Source of the DNA: a bacterium
GTDB taxonomy: Bacteria; Patescibacteriota; Minisyncoccia; Phycocordibacterales; CAIZLB01
DNA: 64,000 bases
Assembly (NCBI GenBank): GCA_031411135.1
Contig: JANOAN010000007.1
Location: 4,214-68,213, forward strand
Direction of reading: 5' to 3'
The notes below the pieces were generated by a model. That model saw only the letters and a program-made list of their open reading frames with translations, searched no databases and was not told the DNA's origin. The position numbers and the translations under genes were made by a program. Positions 51,164-60,580 of the stretch are shown here, one piece after another (position 1 is the stretch's first letter; every line of letters begins with the position of its first letter).

Positions 51164-51745
51164 TTACTCCATTCCGATACTCAGAATGCGTGCTAGTTTG
51201 CCTTCGGCGGCGGTAGCACGTCTTTCTGCGGAGAGCCTCAGTTGGTGCTCCTTACGGTACAAAGCCTTGTAGTCGGCATTTTCCGGCAATTCTGATGCCT
51301 TCTCAACGAGATCTAATTCTCCGAGAAGTATCTTGTTCGCTTCGCGAAGCTTTGGAGCATCGAGTAGGAAGCTTTTGAGAACCATCCCAGCAACACCTTC
51401 TCCTTCTTCAGCGAGAGCAATCAGGAAATGTTCTGTGCCGACGTGTCCCAATGTCTTGGCTTCTTTCTCTGCAATTGCCAGGACTTTTTTGACTCGTGGG
51501 GTGTAGGGTATGTTGCCAACAGAAGAACCTTCTGGTCCACTTCCGGTTCGGTGATCAACTTCGGCCCTGATGGGTTCGATTGCCATGCCCAGGCTGTGCA
51601 GAATTTGGATTGCCCTGCAGTTTTGGAATTCTAGGATGGCAAGGAGGACATGTTCGGTGCCAATGTAATTCTGGTTACGTTTCTTTGCTTCTTTGCGTGC
51701 CTGAACGAGTAGCGCTTGGGCGTTAGGAGTGTGATTCGTTGACAT
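51164..51745 (-). CDS. Stand-alone Clp N-terminal (Clp-R repeat) domain protein
   Basis: YIGTEHVLL, PYTPRVKKVL, HVGTEHFLIAL; no AAA+ module. Confidence 0.88.
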   Translation of the reverse strand: MSTNHTPNAQALLVQARKEAKKRNQNYIGTEHVLLAILEFQNCRAIQILHSLGMAIEPIRAEVDHRTGSGPEGSSVGNIPYTPRVKKVLAIAEKEAKTLGHVGTEHFLIALAEEGEGVAGMVLKSFLLDAPKLREANKILLGELDLVEKASELPENADYKALYRKEHQLRLSAERRATAAEGKLARILSIGME

Positions 51746-51860
51746 TTTCAGTTGTGGGTTGAGGTTGAGTTGGGGGGAACTTTTCACCAGTAAGATTACA
51801 GAGAGAAGGTGTGTTTGTAAAGTTTTCTCTCACTTCCTGAAATATGATAATATTAGGACT

Positions 51861-52856
51861 ATGAAAAAGATTACAGCCCTAACTGGCGACCGTCCAACAG
51901 GTAGACTCCACCTCGGTCACTATGTCGGCTCAATTAAAAATCGCCTAGCTCTACAGGATAGTGCAGATGAGACCTTTTATATGATTGCGGATATTCAAGC
52001 ATTAACTGACAATTTCGCTACACCTGAAAAAGTTCACAATAACGTAATCGAGGTGGCTATGGACAACTTGGCTTGCGGACTTGATCCAAAGAAAACTACA
52101 TTTTTTATCCAATCCCAAATTCCTGAAATTGCTGAATTAACAGTGATGTTTTTGAATCTTGTGACAGTTGCAAGATTAAAGCGAAATCCAACCGTCAAAA
52201 ATGAAATGAATCAAAAAGGTTACGGAGAAGATGTACCTGCAGGATTTTTAGCATATCCAGTGAGCCAAGCAGGGGATATTCTTTTTTGTAAATCAAATAC
52301 AATTCCAGTCGGCGAAGATCAACTTCCAATCATTGAACAAGTGAATGAAATTGTAGATAAATTTAATTCCCTTTACGGAGAAACTTTTGAAAGAGTAAAG
52401 CCACTTTTGTCAGAAGCATCAAGGCTTGTTGGTATTGACGGAAATGCAAAGGCGAGCAAGTCACTTAATAATGCAATCTATCTTTCTGATTCAAAAGCAG
52501 AGATTGAGAAAAAGGTTATGGCGATGTATACAGATCCGAAGCATATACATGTTAGTGACCCGGGAAGTGTAGAGGGTAACGTCGTCTTCACTTATCTTGA
52601 TATCTTTGACGAAGACAAGGATGGAGTAGAAAAACTAAAAGCAGAATACAGAAAAGGGGGATTGGGGGACGTAACGATTAAAAAGCGCTTAATTGAAGTT
52701 CTTGAAAATTTCATCGGTCCCATTCGTGAACGAAGGGAAAAACTTGATCCAAAGGATGTTCTTGCAATTCTAAAAGAAGGTACCGAAAAGGTTCAGGAAA
52801 TAGCTCAAAAGCACATGAAAGAGTTTAAAAAAGCGGTCAAGATAGATTATTTTTAA
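51861..52856 (+). CDS. trpS: Tryptophan--tRNA ligase
   Basis: TGDRPTGRLHLGHY, YPVSQAGDI, VGEDQ, KASKS. Confidence 0.97.
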   Translation: MKKITALTGDRPTGRLHLGHYVGSIKNRLALQDSADETFYMIADIQALTDNFATPEKVHNNVIEVAMDNLACGLDPKKTTFFIQSQIPEIAELTVMFLNLVTVARLKRNPTVKNEMNQKGYGEDVPAGFLAYPVSQAGDILFCKSNTIPVGEDQLPIIEQVNEIVDKFNSLYGETFERVKPLLSEASRLVGIDGNAKASKSLNNAIYLSDSKAEIEKKVMAMYTDPKHIHVSDPGSVEGNVVFTYLDIFDEDKDGVEKLKAEYRKGGLGDVTIKKRLIEVLENFIGPIRERREKLDPKDVLAILKEGTEKVQEIAQKHMKEFKKAVKIDYF

Positions 52857-52859
52857 AAA

Positions 52860-53681
52860 ATGAAAACAATGTATTTAATAATTGCAATTGTCATTATACT
52901 TTCAACTTATTTATATATACAAAATAAGCCTAAAAAAGATATTGTCAGCGATATAAAACTTGAAGAAATTTTCTATCTGAAAAATAATCAAACTGCCTCA
53001 TACAAAGGGGTTTCACTTATTTTTTCACCCAAGACCCTTCCGATTTCTAGGGACCCTGTCACCGGTATGGAAAAATATCCCTATGATGTATACCAAGTGC
53101 TAGTTTCATACAAAAATGGAGAAGGAATATCCAAAACAGAAACCCTAACTTTTGGAAATACCGACATCTCTCAAAAATTCAGCACAGACACAATGACATA
53201 CGAGCTACACCTTATTGATTATAAGGACGGTGTAGCCTCCTTCAAATTAAATACTAGTTTTATAGAAAAACATTATGAACGAACCAAAGCGTCATATGTA
53301 CTCCAAATCACCGGAGGATATTTTGAAACGAAAATATTTATAAACAATAAATATGTTAACTCGATTGATTCGCCAAACAGTATTCATACTACAGGTTTTC
53401 TTATAAACAAATACTTATCATATGAAATGCAAGGTGTCCCTGAAGGAAAGATCGTCGATCCTGATATGCAAGGACACAATACTATACGCATAGGACCTAT
53501 CAAAACATCTTCAAAAGATGCAAAACTTTATGTCAAAATAATAGATAAATTAAATCCGGGAGCTATTTATTTTGATAAAGATATCAATTTTGATACTTTA
53601 GGAAATAATACTGTGGAGATAGATTTGCAAATTGAGTCTGACGCTGAACTCGTAAATCAACAGCAGACCTTATTAGAATAA
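52860..53681 (+). CDS. Hypothetical membrane-anchored protein
   Basis: 273 aa, N-terminal TM. Confidence 0.75.
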   Translation: MKTMYLIIAIVIILSTYLYIQNKPKKDIVSDIKLEEIFYLKNNQTASYKGVSLIFSPKTLPISRDPVTGMEKYPYDVYQVLVSYKNGEGISKTETLTFGNTDISQKFSTDTMTYELHLIDYKDGVASFKLNTSFIEKHYERTKASYVLQITGGYFETKIFINNKYVNSIDSPNSIHTTGFLINKYLSYEMQGVPEGKIVDPDMQGHNTIRIGPIKTSSKDAKLYVKIIDKLNPGAIYFDKDINFDTLGNNTVEIDLQIESDAELVNQQQTLLE

Positions 53682-53687
53682 ATAGTT

Positions 53688-54623
53688 ATGAAGAAAAATA
53701 TCTTAATAATTACCACCCTGCTCGTTATATCCCTTTTAGTAATTTATAATAAAAGCAAATATATGGGTACTATTAACAACGAACCAGAAGCGACTAAAAT
53801 AAGTAATTATATTTCTGAGGACAAAAGCTTTTCTTTTTCATATCCAGATTTTGAGAAGTGGAAATCACTGTCTGATATAGAACACACTCGTCTGAAAAAT
53901 GCTTCTGGTGTCTACACAGATTTTGTAAGTTTTATATATTATGATGGAAATACCAGTGGAATAATGCCTCATATAATGATTACTAAAATTTACCGCCCAA
54001 TGATGAAAGCTAAAGGAGATAAGAATTCTAATGGGATTATTTATACTAAGAGTGGACCTCCAGAAAATAAAATAGCATTTCAAACGGGGGGTTATTTTGT
54101 TGAAATTGCAGTAATTGTTGGTGAGAGAGAGGGATTTTCAGCACAGGTGGTGTTGGACGAAATTATTAAAAGCTTTAAAATACTAGGTACCGACACTTAT
54201 ATAATAGAAGACATGAAAGAATTTATATCGAGAGACGATAGCTTTGCATTTTATTATCCAGATTTTGAAAAGTGGACATCATCTATAATATTAGGAGCTC
54301 CTTTAGCAACTACAAACGAAGGGGATAGAATTGTTAATAAAATTATGTTTAGTCCTCCGGAATCAGAAATATGGAGCGGTCTAACACCTGAAATAACTGT
54401 GACAAAAATCTACCGCAGAGAACCAATTATGAGTAGTAGCGCTAACCCTAAAAGGGTGACGTATGTTAAAAATGCGGGGATAGTGGCTTTTCAAGGTTCT
54501 GGTTGGGTAGTTGAAATTCAAATAACTGCCGGTGAAACCAAGAGCTTTTCAACACAGGCTGTATTAGATGAAATAATTAAAACTTTTGAACTCAGGCTAG
54601 AAGACCTAGTTCCTCAACCATAA
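53688..54623 (+). CDS. Membrane-anchored protein with two tandem PsbP-like repeats
   Basis: SFSFSYPDFEKW...VVLDEIIKSF and SFAFYYPDFEKW...AVLDEIIKTF. Confidence 0.75.
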   Translation: MKKNILIITTLLVISLLVIYNKSKYMGTINNEPEATKISNYISEDKSFSFSYPDFEKWKSLSDIEHTRLKNASGVYTDFVSFIYYDGNTSGIMPHIMITKIYRPMMKAKGDKNSNGIIYTKSGPPENKIAFQTGGYFVEIAVIVGEREGFSAQVVLDEIIKSFKILGTDTYIIEDMKEFISRDDSFAFYYPDFEKWTSSIILGAPLATTNEGDRIVNKIMFSPPESEIWSGLTPEITVTKIYRREPIMSSSANPKRVTYVKNAGIVAFQGSGWVVEIQITAGETKSFSTQAVLDEIIKTFELRLEDLVPQP

Positions 54624-54627
54624 TAGA

Positions 54628-55536
54628 ATGAAAATTATCTTTCATAAAATAGTTCACCTTTTCCTCCGTGCACTTTTTTACCTATGGAGCTTTATAGCTA
54701 CAGTCGCACTATATCTCTGTATTGGGTATACAAGTTCCTTAGCGCTCATACTGCTCTCTGTAATCGGATTTGCTTTTACATCGATTTTTCGTAATCAAGT
54801 TTGGCGACGCTTTGTCGTGCATAAAAAACTTCAAACCAAAAAAACCATTCTCAGTGAGTTCATAATATTTTCGCTACTATGTCAGTTTTTCCTACTTGCT
54901 GTATTTCCAGTCAGCTCACTTCTTCCAAAATCAATACTTGAATCCATAAAAATCACCCATTATGTAGAAGGGGAAGAATGTAATATTGAAGCTTATATAA
55001 ACGAAGCAAAAAACTTTTGGGGTGATCAAATTGATTTTACTAAAGTTAACGTTGTCGAAGGGGGAATAATGAAAAATTTACATTACTTGCAAAAAATAGG
55101 TTGGATAGCTAAGGACAATAATTATGTCCGTGACGCAAACGTTTTCGGAAGTACAATATATGTAGCTGACGCATCCGCTTGCTTATCAAAACCTACGATT
55201 TTTCACGAATTGACGCATGTGTGGCAGGTACAAAATACAGTTATCTTCGGCCCCGAACTTATCCCAGATTTCATCCACATTACATACCAACAGTTTTATG
55301 ATCCACACACCCCTTACGATTATGGAGGCTATTACGGACTTAAAAAAGCAAAGGAAGAAGGTAAGGCTTTCCTTGATTTCGGCATGGAACAGCAGGCTAT
55401 GATAGTCCAGCACCTAAGGTGGTTTAATGATGGTCTTGTATTTACGGAAGAGGAAGGGGGGAAGGTCTATACCGAGGCGTATAAGTCTATTTTAGAGGAG
55501 TATGTCAACGAAATGCTCTCTTTTAAGCGCTCTTAA
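54628..55536 (+). CDS. Membrane protein with HExxH zinc-peptidase-like domain
   Basis: Three TM segments, FHELTHVWQ, MEQQA. Confidence 0.75.
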   Translation: MKIIFHKIVHLFLRALFYLWSFIATVALYLCIGYTSSLALILLSVIGFAFTSIFRNQVWRRFVVHKKLQTKKTILSEFIIFSLLCQFFLLAVFPVSSLLPKSILESIKITHYVEGEECNIEAYINEAKNFWGDQIDFTKVNVVEGGIMKNLHYLQKIGWIAKDNNYVRDANVFGSTIYVADASACLSKPTIFHELTHVWQVQNTVIFGPELIPDFIHITYQQFYDPHTPYDYGGYYGLKKAKEEGKAFLDFGMEQQAMIVQHLRWFNDGLVFTEEEGGKVYTEAYKSILEEYVNEMLSFKRS

Positions 55537-55673
55537 CCACCTCCTTTACTTCCCAACACATCCAATGTATACTTTCATCGTTCCTGAATCTCTCCAGCCT
55601 AGGTTGTGGTAATTGCACAAGGGTCACGAGACGGTCGTTAGGGATTAAAAATTACACACAAATAGACAAATAA

Positions 55674-55997
55674 ATGGCAATTAAGAAAATTTACGTTGGT
55701 AACCTTTCATGGGGAATGACAACAGAATCATTAAAAGCTGCTTTTTCAGAATTCGGAGAAGTCTCTAATCCAATCGTTATGGTTGATAAGATGACTGGCC
55801 GATCACGAGGCTTCGGCTTCATTGAAATGGAAGACGCGGCGGCTGATGCAGCTATTGCAGCTATGAACGGTAAGAATGTTGATGGACGAGACCTCGTTGT
55901 AAACGAAGCTCGACCAAAGACAGACATGCCACCAGAAAGACGATCATTCAATGGTCCTCGCCGAGATAACGGTATGGGTGGTGGCGGACGATTCTAA
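55674..55997 (+). CDS. RRM RNA-binding protein
   Basis: IYVGNL (RNP2), RGFGFIEM (RNP1), VNEARP. Confidence 0.95.
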   Translation: MAIKKIYVGNLSWGMTTESLKAAFSEFGEVSNPIVMVDKMTGRSRGFGFIEMEDAAADAAIAAMNGKNVDGRDLVVNEARPKTDMPPERRSFNGPRRDNGMGGGGRF

Positions 55998-56020
55998 TAC
56001 AATCGAACGTTGTAACCAAC

Positions 56021-56059
56021 AAACAAAAAACACCGCACTAGTTGCGGTGTTTTTTGTTT
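56021..56059. terminator. Intrinsic terminator
   Basis: AAACAAAAAACACCGCA / TGCGGTGTTTTTTGTTT. Confidence 0.85.
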
Positions 56060-56089
56060 TGGAGAAAAAATATATGCTAGAATTATCTC

Positions 56090-56815
56090 ATGAATAAAAA
56101 TGGCGCAGTAAATTTTGTCATTCATAAAATCAATGCAAAAAATCATCCTGTAACTATTGCGGAATTTTTGGCTCGTATGGGGTATAGTCACGAACAAATT
56201 TCTGAAGCTTTTATTGAAGTTGGAAAAACAACAGACAAGCTTCACCAAGAATTAATTGCGGGAAATGATTTTCTGCCAACTTTAAATGAAAATCTCGAAG
56301 ACTATTTTAAGGTGGGAAATTTAAAAATCTTTAAAAAAATTATTATCTTACCAGAACCAACAAAGGTATTATTAAAAATTCCAAAAACTTTGTTTCCGTA
56401 TCCAGCCCCTGCACCTGTGGTTGTAGATTTAATGAAGAGGGGTAAAAATATTGAAACAACTCGCCATGTTTTTGCATTTAGATTTTTGTACGCCTTGTCG
56501 ATGTCGGTTTTAGGAATAGTAATTTCATATGTTTTTATAAAATCAGAAAAATTAAGTTTCACTTGGAGTGGTAATTTAGCCCCGATTATATTAGGTGTTA
56601 TTTTTACTATATACATTCTACAATTGTTCGCTCACAGACTTCAAAATGCTGGAATGAGCCCCCTGTTAGCGCTTCTAATCCTAACTCCGATCCTGTCCAC
56701 CGTGACAGACCTCTCTTTGATAGATCAAAGACTTATCCTAATTCTGTCGTGTATTCCCATCCTGAGCGTCTTTATATTAGCGATGTTGTTGCCACCGCAC
56801 CGTTATAAGCTATAA
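56090..56815 (+). CDS. Membrane protein with DUF805-like C-terminus
   Basis: Four TM segments, HRLQNAGMS. Confidence 0.65.
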   Translation: MNKNGAVNFVIHKINAKNHPVTIAEFLARMGYSHEQISEAFIEVGKTTDKLHQELIAGNDFLPTLNENLEDYFKVGNLKIFKKIIILPEPTKVLLKIPKTLFPYPAPAPVVVDLMKRGKNIETTRHVFAFRFLYALSMSVLGIVISYVFIKSEKLSFTWSGNLAPIILGVIFTIYILQLFAHRLQNAGMSPLLALLILTPILSTVTDLSLIDQRLILILSCIPILSVFILAMLLPPHRYKL

Positions 56816-56822
56816 TAGAGAT

Positions 56823-57143
56823 ATGGATAAATTAGTGCACGCTGACATTTTCTTTTTCATAACAACTTGCGCTATTGTTCTTTTAACAATTATTTTAGCA
56901 GTAGCGTTTGTGTATGGAATCTTTATTGCAAAGAATGTTAATTATGTGGTCAAGAAAATTAAAGAAGAAAGCGACAATATTTCAGGAGACATCGCACACG
57001 CCAGGCAAAAAATTAGAGAACAGGGAATGAAGGTGGCTTCTTATGTGGAATTTTTCAGATCTCTTGTAAGTTTCGGTTCAGCAAAAAAAGCGAAAAAAAG
57101 ATCTTCTAAAAAGACAGAGGAAGACTCTGAAGTTACAAATTAA
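56823..57143 (+). CDS. Single-TM hypothetical protein
   Basis: ADIFFFITT + TM + coiled region. Confidence 0.75.
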   Translation: MDKLVHADIFFFITTCAIVLLTIILAVAFVYGIFIAKNVNYVVKKIKEESDNISGDIAHARQKIREQGMKVASYVEFFRSLVSFGSAKKAKKRSSKKTEEDSEVTN

Positions 57144-57160
57144 TTTAAAATAAAAACACT

Positions 57161-57526
57161 ATGAAAACAACAACAAAAGTGGCCGGTATTATTGGAGGAG
57201 TTGCTGCGGCAGCTCTCGGTGCGTATTTTTACGCAAAAACACCAAAAGGTAAGAAGAAAGTGACTGAAATAAAAACCAAAGCTAGCCTATGGGCAAATCA
57301 GGCAAAACGTGATATTTTGAAGCACGTAAAGAAGCTTAAAACCGTTAGTCAAAAGGACTATCACACCGTAGTCGATGCAGTTATGAAGAAGTATAAAGAG
57401 GTTAAGAAATTGGCTCCAAAGGAGGTGGCACTAGTTGCTGGCGAACTCAAAAAACACTGGAATAATGCAAAAAAAGAAATTACCAAAAAAGTCACAAAGC
57501 ACATCAAAGACGACCTCGTGGGGTAA
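57161..57526 (+). CDS. Basic hypothetical protein, YtxH-like N-terminus
   Basis: GGVAAAALGAYFY..PKGKK. Confidence 0.7.
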   Translation: MKTTTKVAGIIGGVAAAALGAYFYAKTPKGKKKVTEIKTKASLWANQAKRDILKHVKKLKTVSQKDYHTVVDAVMKKYKEVKKLAPKEVALVAGELKKHWNNAKKEITKKVTKHIKDDLVG

Positions 57527-58262
57527 GGTTGATGATTGGTATGACGACTATGTCGAAGACCCAGAGTCTTACCATCAAAAGGTCGTAGAGCCGAATCTAA
57601 TTCGAATTCTCGGTGACGTCTCAGGAAAACACATACTTGATCTAGGTTGTGGACAAGGTTATTTTTGCCGACTACTTGCACAAAAAGGTGCAATTGTGTC
57701 AGGCGTTGATGTTAGTCCGGAACTTATAGAAAAAGCCACAGAGAGATCAAGTGACTTGAAAATTAGATACGTTGTCTCTCCGGCCGAAGATTTATTTTCT
57801 TTTGCAGGTCAGTCGCAGGATGTTGTTATATCTATTCTTGCAACTCAGAATATGCGTGAACTAGATAGGGTCATTGCCGAAGTAAAACGAGTTTTAAAAG
57901 ATGGTGGACGTTTCATTTTTGTTTTAAACCATCCTGCATTTCGAGTTCCACAGGATTCTGATTGGTACTATAATTCTGAAAATAAAAAACAAGGGAGAAT
58001 AGTTACTCGATATATGTCAGAAGCTTCAATAAAGATCGATATGCATCCAGGGAGCACACAAAAAACCTTCACATACTCTTTTCACAGACCTCTTCAGGTT
58101 TTTGTAAAATGGCTTGCGAAAAACAACTTAGGCATTACTCGCCTTGAAGAATGGATTTCCCACAAAGAAAGTGCTAATGGTCCTCGTAAAGATGCCGAAG
58201 ACAAGGCTAGAAAGGAGATTCCATTGTTTATGTGCATAGAAGCCCGTCTCTTGGTACAATAA
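57465..58262 (+). CDS. Class I SAM-dependent methyltransferase
   Basis: ILDLGCGQG, RVLKDGG, HPAF; start uncertain. Confidence 0.9.
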   Translation: MQKKKLPKKSQSTSKTTSWGKVDDWYDDYVEDPESYHQKVVEPNLIRILGDVSGKHILDLGCGQGYFCRLLAQKGAIVSGVDVSPELIEKATERSSDLKIRYVVSPAEDLFSFAGQSQDVVISILATQNMRELDRVIAEVKRVLKDGGRFIFVLNHPAFRVPQDSDWYYNSENKKQGRIVTRYMSEASIKIDMHPGSTQKTFTYSFHRPLQVFVKWLAKNNLGITRLEEWISHKESANGPRKDAEDKARKEIPLFMCIEARLLVQ

Positions 58263-58275
58263 TGCATATAAAACT

Positions 58276-59382
58276 ATGAGCATTCTACGAGGCGTTCTCA
58301 TCCTAATAGTCTTCTTCCTAGGCCTCTATATCCTGAGAGACCATTCTGATCCTACGGGCTCAACTCTGAAATCAGGATATGTAAGCCCTTTTGTGCAGTT
58401 TTATAATGATATAAAGTCGTCAACTACGAACCTCCCTGGATTTTTGAAAAACGATAATCCTCAATTGTTTAATATGTTTGGATATGCGGGGGTAGGGACT
58501 GTTGATTTGCCAACGGCTACTACTTCTCCGGTTGCTGAAAATCCAACAATTGAAGATCAGTATAAGAGTTCATCAACTAATACACAGCAAGTGCCGACCA
58601 TTAAAGAACCAGTTAAAAGTAATAATAAGCCGATTGTTGTTCCACCAAAAACAACTCCAATAGTTACTCCGGTCGCTCCAAAAGTTCCTCTGACCCCCGT
58701 TGGTTCGACTGATAGCGAACTTTCTCCTGATGGAATTGTTCAATATACAAACGTGGAAAGGTTAAAGGCTGGTTTAAGTACACTTAAAATAAACGCAAGA
58801 TTGACCGCATCTGCAGGCAATAAACTGCAAGACATTTTTAAGCAACAATATTTCGAGCATATTTCGCCATCTGGTCACGGTGTCTCTGATCTTACAAAGC
58901 AATCAAGTTATGACTATGTAATAGTTGGAGAAAACCTTGCATTAGGAAGTTTTGGTTCAAATCAAGCACTACTTTCAGCGTGGATGGCAAGCCCAGGACA
59001 CAAGGCAAACATTATTGATCCACGTTATCAGGATATTGGCGTAGCAGTAGGTAGGGGGATGTTCCAAGGCTCAATGCAATGGGTTGCAGTTCAGCATTTC
59101 GGAAAACCACTAGCTGCGTGTGTTCATCTTGATCCGGCACTTAAGGCAGGTATAGAATTAAATAAAAGCGTGCTTATAGAGCTTGAGAAAAAAATTACTA
59201 TATTAAAAAACCAAATAGATGGACTAACTGGTGTGGCGTATCGAGAAAAGGCTGAAGAATATAACGAAGCAGTAAAAGACTATAATGTCCGACTGATTAC
59301 CTTACAGAGTGATGTTGCAAAGTATAATAAAACAGCAGAAGAATTTAATGCATGTATTGGAAGTAATCCGAATAAGGTTTAG
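58276..59382 (+). CDS. CAP/SCP domain protein
   Basis: TNVER, YFEHISP, GENLA, WMASPGHKANI. Confidence 0.92.
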   Translation: MSILRGVLILIVFFLGLYILRDHSDPTGSTLKSGYVSPFVQFYNDIKSSTTNLPGFLKNDNPQLFNMFGYAGVGTVDLPTATTSPVAENPTIEDQYKSSSTNTQQVPTIKEPVKSNNKPIVVPPKTTPIVTPVAPKVPLTPVGSTDSELSPDGIVQYTNVERLKAGLSTLKINARLTASAGNKLQDIFKQQYFEHISPSGHGVSDLTKQSSYDYVIVGENLALGSFGSNQALLSAWMASPGHKANIIDPRYQDIGVAVGRGMFQGSMQWVAVQHFGKPLAACVHLDPALKAGIELNKSVLIELEKKITILKNQIDGLTGVAYREKAEEYNEAVKDYNVRLITLQSDVAKYNKTAEEFNACIGSNPNKV

Positions 59383-59384
59383 TT

Positions 59385-60557
59385 CTACTGCTTTAGCTCA
59401 AACGTATATCTCAACCCTCCCAAAAAGACCAAAATTCCCATTGCGAGAAAAATATATTGAACACCAAAATAGGTGATAGATAAATATGAAATAAAAGGAA
59501 TAATTAAATACGGCATAGCCCTAGTCATCCTAAAGATACTGACATAAGAAGCATTTTCGGTGCTGATATGTCTGAAGAAATAGCTTTCAGTTGAGACTTC
59601 AACAAAACTAGCCCCAATACGCGAAATGAAAAGAAGGGCAGTCCAGAGGATAAAATTATGTTCAACAATAAAAAACATTAAAATTGTCGCAATTGACATG
59701 ATTAAAAAGCCTGTAACTAAAACCTGCTTTTCATCGTGTTCGCGGTCCTCGATACTTCCCAAGGGAATTTGAAAAAGAATGAAAGGTAACAGCATAATAC
59801 TAAACATTGTGCCTATTTCGGGCCAGCTGAAGCCTAGGTTTACGTTTAGGTGTATTGGCATGTAAATAACCATAATAGCGTAGAAAAAATGGAGAATGAG
59901 GTTATCTTTAAAAATATTCGACAAATTCACATCAGCAAAAAATGACTTCAAAGATGTTTTAAATGGTAGGGCAGTATAAGCAGGATCCTTGAAATCTTTA
60001 AAGTTCATAATCATTATTATGATAAATGGGACCAGGAAGATGGCAGATATAAAGTAAATTTTCCAGTATTCGGGCTTTACTAAAATAAGCCCCACGATGA
60101 TAGGGGCAATAGCCGGCGGAATATTCATGATTGTTAAGTATGTCCCGCGAATACTTCCTATGTTTGCAGTAGATGAGATCTTTTCTAAAAATATATCAAT
60201 GGTATATAGAAGCACTGGTGACAAAGCTTGATGGGCTACAAATAAAATCGTCAAAACGATCGGGTTTGAAAATGTAGCTAAGCCTGTGAGGACTGCTATT
60301 TCAAGAAAACTCAGATATAAAGTAAATTTGAAATTACCATAACGCGACAATATTTTTGCCGCGTTCATGAATATTAGTATGTTAAATATTGCTCCAATTC
60401 CAAAAAACAATGCTACCCACTTCGCCCCCACAAGGGTAGTCAAGTACGAAGAGTTTATGAAGTAGACAAAGAAAAAATTGAACGCCAGCAATAAGGCAGA
60501 GATAAATACTATTATGAAGTTTTTAGCGTGCTTTAATTCACCCGCAACTTTTTCCAT
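59385..60557 (-). CDS. MFS transporter
   Basis: 390 aa with about 12 TM segments. Confidence 0.85.
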   Translation of the reverse strand: MEKVAGELKHAKNFIIVFISALLLAFNFFFVYFINSSYLTTLVGAKWVALFFGIGAIFNILIFMNAAKILSRYGNFKFTLYLSFLEIAVLTGLATFSNPIVLTILFVAHQALSPVLLYTIDIFLEKISSTANIGSIRGTYLTIMNIPPAIAPIIVGLILVKPEYWKIYFISAIFLVPFIIIMIMNFKDFKDPAYTALPFKTSLKSFFADVNLSNIFKDNLILHFFYAIMVIYMPIHLNVNLGFSWPEIGTMFSIMLLPFILFQIPLGSIEDREHDEKQVLVTGFLIMSIATILMFFIVEHNFILWTALLFISRIGASFVEVSTESYFFRHISTENASYVSIFRMTRAMPYLIIPFISYLSITYFGVQYIFLAMGILVFLGGLRYTFELKQ

Positions 60558-60580
60558 ATGTTACCGACCATTTTAACACA

